A stretch of DNA of 64,000 nt, from assembly GCA_026023565.1 (NCBI GenBank), contig JAPETS010000022.1, positions 186,001 to 250,000 on the forward strand. Reading direction: 5' to 3'. The DNA comes from Cirrosporium novae-zelandiae (Eukaryota). Positions 11,767 to 24,840 of the stretch are shown piece after piece. The notes beneath the pieces are model-generated. The model was not told where the DNA came from. It ran no database searches and saw only the letters and a program-made list of their open reading frames with translations. The position numbers and the translations under genes are program-made. How positions within the stretch are numbered: the stretch's first letter is position 1; each line of letters begins with the position of its first letter.

Positions 11767-12536
11767 ATGTCTTCTGAACCAACTCCCGCCGAACGGGAGA
11801 AAGCTGACAAAGAACTGCATGAGCGCGAAGCCGCCGAACAAGCGAAACTTCCATACAAGTGGACTCAAACAATAAAAGACGTTGATGTGACAATCTCGGT
11901 TCCAGGCAACATCAGAGGTCGGGATCTTGAGGTTGTACTGTTGAAGACAAAATTGAAGGTCAAAATCAAGGGACAAGATCCTATCATTGATGTATGAGCT
12001 TTACGTCGACTTCTTTGTTTGATGGCGAGTCCACGGCCCTATATTTTCAATCACTTGGGTGGGGGGAAGGGGGGGGTTGAGTAATAAGGCTATAAAAAAA
12101 TACAATATTATGCTAATAAATAAATTCTCTCAGGGCGATCTCCCTAAGCCTATCCACGTTGACGATTCTACATGGACCCTCGAACCCACTCCTTCAGGGA
12201 AGGATATAGCAATCCATCTTGACAAAATCAACCAAATGGAATGGTGGCCCCATGTTATTACCACCGCCCCCAAAATTGACGTTTCCAAGATTACGCCAGA
12301 AAACAGTCAATTGGGTGATTTGGATGGCGAGACAAGAACCATGGTGGAGAAAATGATGTATGATCAAATGCAAAAGGAAGCGGGCAAGCCGACAAGCGAT
12401 GAGCAAAAGAAGGCGGATATGTTAAAAAAGTTTCAGGAACAGCATCCAGGTAAGCAAGACCTTTGGTCGAAAAGCGCTCGGAAATGGGAGACTGATCCTT
12501 GTAGAAATGGATTTTTCCAACGTGAAAATGAGCTAG
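11767..12536 (+). CDS. nudC: Nuclear distribution/movement protein NudC (CS domain)
   Basis: [66 protein letters not shown]. Two introns. Confidence 0.95.
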
Positions 12537-12720
12537 GGGATATTGGACGATAATGAATAGAAGACCGTGGAATTGCGTAGCATAGCGGGAAGGCTGATTT
12601 TCGGTTATGGCCCATGAAATCAATAATATTCATGAAGCTGCACACCTAAAAAAGGAACAAATTTTCATCACAGATTAAACTATGGTACAGAAATCTCAAA
12701 GTTTCTAATCTACAGCCATT

Positions 12721-14958
12721 CTAGTCTTTCAGCTTCAAATGATAGGTTTCCAATGCTTCAGAAGTAATGGCACCTGGACTCTTCACCAACAAATCCTCTC
12801 CCTTTCCATTCTTCGGGAAGGCGATGACATCCCTCACAGAATCTTTGCCCAGCATCACTGCCACCAATCGATCAAAGCCCAAGGCAATACCGGCATGGGG
12901 AGGGCATCCTGCTCTCAATACTTCCAGTAAATGCTTGAAATGATCTAAACCTTCATCGGTCATTTTTAACACTTCCCGGAGAATGAATTCTTGGACCTGA
13001 GCAGAATGAATACGACGACTGCCGCCTCCTAACTCAACGCCATTTACTACAATGTCATAATGATCGCCGGTTACCTCCGACGGTGCAGTTAACAACTTAT
13101 CCACATCCTCAGCAGTTTTAGGTGACGTAAAAGGATGGTGAGTTGCAGAAAGACCAGCGGAACCGCCTTGGCCAGGATCGGTATCGTTACTAGGGGAAAA
13201 CAGTGGGAAGTCACGAACCCATGTGAACTGGAAGCCCGTAGGAGCAGGGATATAGCCTTGGGCTACTGCGGATCTATGTAGTGCAAGCCGAAGGTTTCCC
13301 AATTGAGTAGAACCCTCTCCCAAGTGAGGTGTCTTCTTTCTCGCCTGTATGACTATTAAATCGCCGTCTTTTAGGTCGAGAGTATCTTCGAGTTGCTCGG
13401 CAGCTTCAAACCCGAATGGCTGCAGTCCGGATAGTGGCTGCCTGGAATCAAAGATAAAAACGCCAGGTTGTCCTTCGGGATTCTGGATGAAGTCGGTTGC
13501 AGCAGGAGAATCCATGAACTTGGTAACAAATTCACGAGTGTCTTTGGGGCCTTCGGCAACGCTAAGCTTTAAAACTTCCACGATTGGGTCTACCAAAGGC
13601 CCAATTTTGCTAACCAGATCCACGGGAATCATATGGTCAATGCGATTAATTTCCATTCCTAGTCGAAGATCGGGCTTATCTGAGCCGTACTTGGACATGG
13701 CTTCCTGGTACTTAATTATTGGAAATGGATTTGGAAGTACAACTTCAGGGAGCATTTTGTTCCACAGACGACGAAGCAATTTCTCCATGGTGTTCATGAT
13801 ATCTTGTGCAGTTGCGAATGACATCTCCAGATCAAGCTGTACATATATTAGTAACTGTACTTAACCTCAGACTGGCGATTGAAGATTTACCTGTGTGAAC
13901 TCTGGCTGTCTGTCTGCTCTTTGGTCTTCATCCCTGAAACACTTTGCAAATTGAAAGTACCTTGAAAATCCGCTGGCCATCAAAATCTGCTTGTATTGCT
14001 GGGGACTTTGCGGCAAAGCATAGGCAAAGCCCTTGCGTCTTGTTGGAACAAGAAATTCTCTGGCTCCTTCGGGTGTAGATTTGAATAGTAAAGGGGTTTC
14101 AAGTTCTAGGAAGTCTTGGGTCTTCAACTCCTCCCTACATATATCCACAGCCTTTGCTCGGAAACGAAGACTATCACGAATACTTTTATCGGTTCGCATT
14201 TGAAGATGCCTCTGCTCTGGGGGGAACACGGTGTCTGCTGTTACAATGATGTCCTTCGGAAACTGGTTAAGAGGAAAGATGTCTTCCAGCTCAATTTCAA
14301 CGTCATTGATCCTTTTGAAACCAAGATAGCCGTCCCGAGTAGACCGGACTCGAGATTTAGTAAAGCCTTTGATGGCTACCGGACTGTTTGACTCTAGTGA
14401 TTTGAGCTTTTCATGACTAGCAGCATTGCGACCTCCATTTCCCTTTGCAGAAGAGACTATTTGGATACTATAAGTTAAGTCCCTAGACAGAAGAGGTACA
14501 AATGCTAGATTCTTAGAAAGATCGGTCCGGGGGCCGGTATAACCATGAAGAACGACCTGTTCCCTCTCAAAAGGAGAAGCCCGATCAAAATCTTTAATCT
14601 CATGCGTAGCAGCAGGGAACTGCACTAGGTAATATTAGAAATCTCAAAACAATAAACAGTACATGCTCATTCCAAGGGCATGAGTGGCCCCGAGAGCTAG
14701 GTAAAGATGCATACAGGTAGTTTTGTATTTCTCTAAAAAGTCGTTTTTCACCGAGGCGGAGGAATTATTCTGGTAGATTTTTGAGGTGGATAGATTCCTG
14801 GCTGAGCACAAACATGCGGATACCTTTCGGAGAGCATGTTGACGTTGACAAACAGCATTGCTTGAGATGGCGAAAAATCTGGAAATTTCAAGGTAGCTTG
14901 TCCGCAGCAGCAATTGTCTTTGGATTGAATTTGCAGCTCTTAGCCCTCCCGACGACAT
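12721..14958 (-). CDS. MSD1: Mitochondrial aspartyl-tRNA synthetase
   Basis: Basic presequence-like exon 1; [92 protein letters not shown]. Introns 14714-14625 and 13890-13837. Confidence 0.95.
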
Positions 14959-15631
14959 AATTGAATTTATGAGTAGAGAGACGTGTCTTTATTGTACAGG
15001 GTGACGAATTTTCAAAGTTGGATTCACCGGTTCAATTCCATTTGCTATTATTTCCCGGAAGTTTGACGTTGATAATGTATCCTTGGTTAGAATACACCTG
15101 GACGCGAAAAATTACGGCCTTCCTACAAATGCAGACTCCACTCTTCTAATAAACTCTCCTTTAAATATGAGATTCATATAATAAGCATACGATATATTAA
15201 TCTGCCTAGGAACGTTAGCAGTCATTACTGTCGCGTGTAGTGTTCTTCACATGACGGTCACAGATGGATCCTTGAGATTCATTACGGTCATGTACTGTAT
15301 TTTATTTTGATACTGTACAGTCTTGTTCCCAGAAAGATTTCCTAACATTGCAAACACCTAAAATTATCCAAACCTGCATCGCGCCACGTAAGTACAATGC
15401 CTAGCAACATGCATAGCTAGGGTCACGAGTTTGGGATGACCGACAAAGTCAAAATATGTTTTTCTCGCAAACGACCTGACATTCCGGATTCCCACAACGT
15501 TATGATCAATTACCGCTGTGAGATGCTGCTATGTCACTGATATCACGCGGCTAAATGTCTAGCCAACCCTAGTCTTTACCCCTCAAGAGCAGGCAGAGCG
15601 GACATTCGCACTCCGTCAGATATATATTACT

Positions 15632-15687
15632 CCGAAGTTATACGGTAGATAAGATCGGTTGAATATTCGGATAGATTTTCGGTGGAG
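15632..15687. promoter_or_regulatory. Array of CGG triplets (candidate Zn2Cys6/MAL-activator sites) with an overlapping CreA-type site
   Basis: CGG at 15643, 15656, 15668 and 15680 (spacers 10, 9, 9), CCG at 15632, and GTGGAG (SYGGRG) at 15682-15687. Confidence 0.5.
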
Positions 15688-15958
15688 TACCATAAGACCA
15701 GCAAACTTGGTAACTCGCCCCAGGAGGACAACATGCTTGTAGTTTGATAACGTGATACACAGTACCCCACAAACAATCAGGCTGTTTACTGGTAGAAAAA
15801 GTATATAATTGATTTTATCCATCGGTTCAACGGCCCGAATACAGAGATGCAATAGCACTTGAAATTAGTTTTTAAAGCTTTCATTTCTCTTATCAGAATT
15901 CACTGTGCCTGTCCATATCAGAAACCTCTCCGACTGTAATTTTGTCATTGTTGTTTGA

Positions 15959-18056
<2,098 letters not shown>

Positions 18057-18298
18057 GGTTATAATTCTCCAAGATTGCGTGTGCTATGCATTTCATGTGG
18101 TAGAGATTTAATGGTAGAGGGATGGGATAGAATTCCTAGAAGAATAGAAGACCAATATATTTTGTAACAAAATAGACGACGTCGATAATTTTATTATTCG
18201 GAATTCTCTAATTAATTCTGTAAAATAATTATAGAAAGTCGATCGTATAGTTCCTAAGATTAGATTAGATGGATCATTTAAGTTGGTGGCAAGCTCCT

Positions 18299-18310
18299 CT
18301 GGGGCCCCAC
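18299..18310. promoter_or_regulatory. Adjacent inverted pair of CreA/Mig1-type sites
   Basis: CTGGGG immediately followed by CCCCAC (both match SYGGRG, on opposite strands), about 100 bp upstream of the regulator ATG. Confidence 0.4.
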
Positions 18311-18411
18311 ACTTATCTTCTGACCCCGTCGTTCGTTCTCCTTCATTTTTTGGTTTGATATTTATTGTGTAGTGCTTTGCATTTTTGGATCTAAACAATG
18401 AAAAAACGAAC

Positions 18412-20172
18412 ATGGCATCTAACCATGCATGTGACGCCTGCGCACTGAGAAAAGTTCGATGCGATGGGATGCAACCTTGCCGACGATGCGTCAAGGCAAC
18501 CTTTGATTGCACCTATTTGAAGATTCACAAGAGGTCAGGACCAAAAGGACCACGATCTTCAACGACCAAGAAAATTCAACAAGAAAAGAACCGACTATTG
18601 TCTCGATCTCCTGGCACAAGCCGTCAGTCGTCTATCGAATCTAGTGCTTCCAATCCTCAGCGGCATATTGATTTGAACCCATCACATGAACAGTGGCGAA
18701 CATCTCCACTTATCTTGAAATCCTATCTTGATATTTATGACCAGAGAATGTATGCTATCTGGCCTGTTGTCGACTCCAGAGCTCTTTTTGCACTCCTTCA
18801 AGATGAAAATGACTTTGAGTCCTATGCCTTGGCAACCTCCCTGTGTGCTGCAACCATTGCCCAATTGAAACTGGATAGGAATGGGCACGTACATGAAAAC
18901 CCACATCCAGTCAGTAGCCATGATCTCGAAGTTGAGACTATTAGGTTGCGGTCGCTCTTTGACTTCCGAGAACGTACTAATATTCCAACGATCCTAACTT
19001 CGTTTTTTCTTCATGTATATTATGCGAATTCGGGGAAAACAACATCATCGACCCTGCTGCTTCGAGAAGCTATTGCGATTGCACATATAATGGGCCTCGA
19101 TAAGCTATGTACATCTCCTAATGCTACTTCTGAAGATCTCAGAGTATATTGGCTTCTGTTCGTCACAGAAAGGTACGGCTAATCGCTTTCGTTACTTGTT
19201 AGAGAGATTGTGAAACTAATGCGCTACTTGATAGAGGTCATTCTATACAATATAAAGTGCCAGTAGTCTTACATAAGATTTCACAGCTTCCAACTACAAC
19301 AGATCAAGATAATTTGTGGCATACATTCATTAAATTAGTCCGTCTCTTCGTTTGTGTCGACGGACCTTTGATTGAAACAAGTGACGGTGATTCTGGTGCA
19401 CTTGTTCATTACTCCCAGGCCAAGATTGCGGAGATCCAACGCCACCTGCAGAGCTTTTATCTTTCTCCGATGGATAGTAATGAAGTCCAAAGAGCGGATA
19501 TATTTTTGACGCAGCAATGGATGCGCACATTACTTTGGCAATTTTCGCTCTCCAACTTTTCATTAACTTCGAATTCGACCGACCAAGCATTCACTCTCGC
19601 CTATCCTGCACAGATAGCAAAAGATGCTTTGGGATACCTCGCAAAGTTCTCTCAAGGTTCGATTATGGCTCATGGATCTGGAATGGTAATTATAACTTTA
19701 CGTGCTGCATTGTTGTCTACTAAATTATTTATAGGAAATTAAGCTATTCGATATTGCCAATTCACTTCTGGATGTTATAAATTGCGTACCCACCATGGGA
19801 TCCCCGAACCAGTTTAAGCCTCGTGATGCCCTTCAAGCATTAAGGACCATTATTTGGTCCATAAGCCAGGGACAATCAAGGCTATTGAATGTTTTACAGG
19901 AGAAGATGAGGCAGTCAGATTCTGTTTTGTCTCATCAGTCCTTACCAAGATTGCTCGAAGTTTACAGAAGCCACTGTCAACCAGCCATATCCCCTTCCTC
20001 CAATCATAAGGGGGAACAAGAAGTCTCAGAGAAGCAAAATTCTCAGAGGATTGTTCCCGCTCGCTCTACATACGAGGACATTGACATACACTTTGACCCT
20101 AGGATTATCCAGAAATATTTTCGCGAGGCTACTACCCAGGCTATCAAGTCAAAATGTCTTACGCCCAAGTAA
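18412..20172 (+). CDS. Zn(II)2Cys6 transcription factor, MAL-activator/MalR/Suc1-like
   Basis: ACDACALRKVRCDGMQPCRRC......CTY followed by KRSGPKG; middle region YAIWPVVD, SFFLHVYY, RVYWLLFVTER, VQRADIFLTQQWMRTLLWQ, AHGSGM. Two introns; adjacent to the GH13 gene. Confidence 0.88.
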
Positions 20173-20692
20173 TCCTTTCCGTCCAACTCTCCCTATACGG
20201 TGCGGAGAAGTAAATATCCATGAAAGGGTCGAAAATGTGCCGTAATACAGCATGTTAAAGAGGCCGGGTGATGTCTGTATTAGCCTAGGATTCTGCAGCC
20301 GGCTAGGTGCAAATGGATCTCTAAAATTTATACTCCTTGGGTTTCCATTTTCGAGTTTACTGCCCATTCCTTTCAGTAGTGACACTCTTTGACTCGGTCG
20401 ATGAATACATTTGACCACTATCGACCGTGGAACTAAGGACTAGAGGGAAAGGGAGGTAATCAAAAGGATGACAATATTGAACTACTTCCAAATCAGGATC
20501 ATTAAAGAACAACTCTTGATGCTAATGGCTTCTGTTCTACAGTACATAAAAACAACAGACATTTCACTTCATAGGCAGGACCTGATATTCACACACTGCC
20601 CCTTCATCACACTCCAACCAACAATCAATTCCATCATCATCATCATCATTCATCCACCAACGCCACTCATTCAATTTGGATAATGTCCCTCC

Positions 20693-20929
20693 CTATCGAT
20701 GTCTTTCAGATTCCCGGTTCCACTTCCTTCCTCTCGTCGGAGCCTTCTTTAGCGCAATCATGCACGCCATACACTATATTGGCGCAACCCGAATTCTCCA
20801 TTCCCGATAATCACTGCAACTGCGTTCATCCTCGCCAGGTTTAGGGATTTGGCATCGTATGCGTTGGGATTTGGATGGTTGGAGGCGATATCCACAGACC
20901 CTGCACGTGTAGCACCCAACATAGCACAT
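20693..20929 (-). CDS. Putative small Cys-rich protein: 51 aa to a TAG at 20776-20774, or 78 aa if that TAG is read through
   Basis: MCYVGCYTCRVCGY..RC..SC..RVAPI*CMAC..; ATG has A at -3; TATAAAA on the minus strand at 21291-21285. Confidence 0.4.
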
Positions 20930-21591
20930 ATTGTTCACTAGATTGTACTTTTGTGCGTACAGTACGAAGCCGCGTGTGTGGGTGTGAATATGGAGTATGA
21001 AAGATAGATCGATTGCTCGACTTTGATTTTTCGGGGAACCTTTCAACAAATATATTTAGCGACTCCTTTTTCCGATGTTTCCAAAGAAAAGAAAGAATTG
21101 GTATTAAAAAACTTCTCTGTGTTATTACTATTATTATTTTATTAATGGATAATGAAAAAAAAACAACAGCAACAATATTAAAAAGTGCCTTTCTCTTTTA
21201 TTTTTATTTTTAAAAAACAAAATCAGAATGAGAAACAACGATCCAACCCACCCCAAAGTTAGAGAAGGAGGGAACTCTCTCGCCTTTTATACCCCAGATG
21301 TCACAGTCCAGTCGTTGTACATGTACATGTACAAGACATGATATAAAAACGACACCTTAAGCCTTAGGTCCCCCCCCTTCAAAACAAAGCTTTTATATTT
21401 ATTAGTTTCTAGTATTCCTTACCTTGCCTTACCTTCTGTGCCTCATCCATCCCCCTGCCTACTACCTACCCTACCCCTACTCTCTCTCCATAATCCATGA
21501 CAAGTTTCCCTATTTTAAGGCATCCGGGGGAGGGTGGAGGGGGGGGGGCAAAAAAATAAGAAGGAACCCGTCTCTTCTTAACAGCTAGATA

Positions 21592-21635
21592 AACAACCAA
21601 ACAACCAAACAACCAAACAACCAAACAACCAAACA
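21592..21635. repeat. Microsatellite (AACAACCA)n, about 5 copies
   Basis: Directly visible. Confidence 0.9.
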
Positions 21636-22303
21636 AGATGCAACTATAAGCAAAGGCAATAAATACGGTACTTGATTTCCTAAAACTCATCACTAATACG
21701 CCCTTATCACCATCACCATCACTATCACCAAATCAAGTAACCCCCCCTTCCCCCTTTCCTTTCTTTAACAAAAATCAGAAAAAAATTCGGAAAAGTTGAA
21801 TATAATTTTACTTTTTTTATTATTTACTTTCTTTATCTTCGGTGTGGGGGGAATGATAGGACGTGGGTGTTTCTGGGTGAGGAGAAGGGGAAGGGGGATA
21901 AAACGTGAAAAAAAGAGAGAGACTGAATTTGGAGTAATGAGTATAAATGAGTATATCTCAAACAAAAAAGAGACAAGAAAGAGAGAGAGAGCGAGAGAGA
22001 GAGAGTTGGTTTGGGGGTTTATATTTTAAAGGATGGTGACGGAATTGAAAAAAATTTATATCGAGAAGGAAGGATTTGCTTTAATTAATTAGATCTTTTG
22101 CACTGATATCTGATCTGATAATTCAGTTCTCATGCTGGTTCGAGGGGGGGGGGGGTTATCAGGACGTTCTACGTATCCCCAAAGCTTTTTTTTTTTGAAG
22201 TGTTGTTGAAGACTAGGTGGGTAGTTGGCATTTTGGCTTCACATTTTTAATATATAGTCTACGTATAGCAAATAATAAATATGTGCTTACTATGTTTCTT
22301 CAA

Positions 22304-23582
22304 TCAATCCCTATGATACAACCCCTGCAGCCCATATCTCTCAAACGGCACCCCACGCCACCTCCCATTAGTAGAATTGCTAAATTCCGGTTCAAAGCTA
22401 ACTTCACGCCAACCCCTCACTAGCTTTCGCCAGTAGCACATCTCCGCCGCAGGTGTCAGATAACGATCACGGAACGTCGTGACGCTATTAAGCGCAATCT
22501 GTTCAGCCTCCGCATCATGTTCCCGCAGCCATCGGAGTTTATCTTCTAGCTGGGTGGCATTCTCCATCGTGTCCATCCGAATGTAGTTTTGTTGGGGACC
22601 GGGGGCCGACGACATGAGAGGGTGGAAGGCTTGGATCCAATTTAATTGGGGGGAGAGGATGACGGCTTGGCAGGTTTGTAGGGATTTTAGACCGGGTAGG
22701 AATGTCCGGTCGCTTTCTTTGTGGGCGAGGTATTTGTAATGGCAGTATTCCACTATTGCTGCGGTGTGGTGTATCGGTTGGCTCTCCTCGACCAGTTCGT
22801 CAATTTTACGATTCCAGGTCCATTCGGATACTTCTGATAATCTGGCTTTGTGCTGAAGCTGTTTAAAAGTAGAAGGGAGGGTTCTGTCCCCGGCCCAATC
22901 GCCAAAGTCCGGCATTAACCACTTATCCTCATCTTCGGGTCGTCGCGCAAACACCCACTGCGGGGATGGTTTGACGCGATAATCGGAATTGAAAACGAAC
23001 TCGATATTCGGGAGGATGTCTGGGGAACTAAGGATTGCTCGGTTGAGAGCTTCAAGGGTAGCCAGACCACGGGAGTAGATGTCTCTTCCAGTTTCAATAA
23101 TATAAAGCTATGTCTCACAATTTGCCCGTCAGCCTTTGACACCGATAACAGAATACGAAATAATCAAAGTCAATGCCAAGCCTGAATTTCAAACTCACCT
23201 CGTTGTCGTAGATCATCACACGAAAATAGCCGGTTTCAGGATTAATATTATCCAACTCTTCAATGGTGACCGGGATCGCCTTTCTTTGCATTACTGCTCG
23301 ATCAATCTCATCGAACAGGCCCGGAAATGCCCCTTCGCATTGCAGCTGATCCATCTGTAAATCTCTGCCATCCCTTGTATAATCCCACCTCCCATTAAAC
23401 GATCCTTTCCCCTGCGTTCCATGTAGGAAATAGTGAGCAGAAGCGGCAGAAGAAGCGAGCCACTGGTATGTTGCGATCAACGCAACAAGAATAAAGGAAG
23501 CAACGATAAAACTTGACCATCGCTTAAGGAGTGGGTTTCGATGGTGAAGTCCGTTCCCCAGGTCAGGCAGAGCTGGAGACAT
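22304..23582 (-). CDS. GT90/CAP10-like type II membrane protein, divergent
   Basis: N-terminal TM segment; QCEGAFPGLFDEIDRAV, RVMIYDNE-LYII (intron 23198-23108), LPNIEFVF, WLMPDFG, CHYKYLAH, AEQIALNSVTTFRDRYLTPAAEMCYWRKL. Reading frame intact, about 395 aa. Confidence 0.82.
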
Positions 23583-23866
23583 ATTTGTCTCATACAAGAA
23601 ATAGTAAGTTGAGCAAAGAAGTGAATGAAAAGGACAGTGGCAGATAGCAGTTCATCTTAGAAGCGCATATCTGGACAAAAGGACAGGGAGAAAATGAATA
23701 CAAATACATGTTGGAGACGAATGGAGAGGAAGCTGTGGATCAACGACAATGGATGTTTCAGATGTTCAAGCTTAAAAGTTGAGGCAAATTCATGTCGAGA
23801 ATGTACGTGTGAGTACGTGTCACGGCGCGTATGTACTGTACATATGTGGTCTAATTATCATTTGGA

Positions 23867-24562
23867 CTAATCTATTCCGATTCCCATTTCTTCTTGCAAC
23901 TTCAACGCCAAATCCACCAAATGATTCAGATCATCTTCGTTGTCATCATAATTAGCATGCCATTTGATTTTCTTGGCCCCCAAAACATCCTTTACTGGGT
24001 TTAATTCGGGCAGCTCGTCAATCCAGTCTATGTCTATAAACTCGGCAGAAAACAATGTGCTGCGTGGATCTATCATAATCTCTAGCTCCTGCAATCCCTT
24101 GGCCTCTGCCAAAAGGAGAAAGGTATCTCGCATGAGGGTAGGGTTCCGATATATATCTCGCGCGTAAATCTCGGTGAAGCCGTCCTTAAACTTCACGCCC
24201 ACCCGCCGTAGCAATGCTCGGAAGTGAGGTCCAATGCAATTCAAGAAAAAGTAGAGATCGCCAGGGTCTCGAAAGGAGAAGAAAGCCTCGGAATAGAACA
24301 ATGTCATTGCTTCGATATAGATAGTACGACATACTCTCGACAAGGAACTGAAGGTCGTCGACTTGACAACAGGGTTCGTTTTGTTACGAATGACTCGTCT
24401 ATTTGTTGAATCGGGCGAGGAGAAGAAGGCATGACGATATATCATAAGACGAATTTCAAAAGGTAGACGTAGAAATGTAAGGTGGCATTTCCCATTACTC
24501 TCGACTTGCTTCTGTGTCAAGTTTTGTGAGAGTGAAGACATTGCGAAGCTTTCAAATAACAT
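23867..24562 (-). CDS. Hypothetical protein with an F-box-like N-terminal motif
   Basis: FLRLPFEIRLMIY ... LSRVCRTIYIEA..LFYS, a motif common in fungal lineage-expanded orphans. Single 231-aa ORF. Confidence 0.7.
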   Translation of the reverse strand: MLFESFAMSSLSQNLTQKQVESNGKCHLTFLRLPFEIRLMIYRHAFFSSPDSTNRRVIRNKTNPVVKSTTFSSLSRVCRTIYIEAMTLFYSEAFFSFRDPGDLYFFLNCIGPHFRALLRRVGVKFKDGFTEIYARDIYRNPTLMRDTFLLLAEAKGLQELEIMIDPRSTLFSAEFIDIDWIDELPELNPVKDVLGAKKIKWHANYDDNEDDLNHLVDLALKLQEEMGIGID

Positions 24563-24840
24563 GAGATCTAACTTGCAAAGTTAGGTGTACAGTTGGACAA
24601 TCGGAAGAATAATGAAACTATAATGTATTGCCTCGGCTCAACGAGCCCGGCAAACGCATAATTATTGTCAAAGTACACAGTAGATGTGAATCTAGCCACG
24701 TCGGCATATATATTGGCATAACATGAAATATCTTGTACTATGTTTTATTTCACTGTCCGATTTAGTAATAGGACATCTGTTACTCTCTCTACATCAAGAC
24801 GTAAAGCTTCTGAGCAATTGAACCACCCACTAATTCACAC

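Noticed and set aside
21013..22029. Short hydrophobic or basic ORFs in the track
   Set aside because: Arise from poly-A/T runs and microsatellites; no coding signature.
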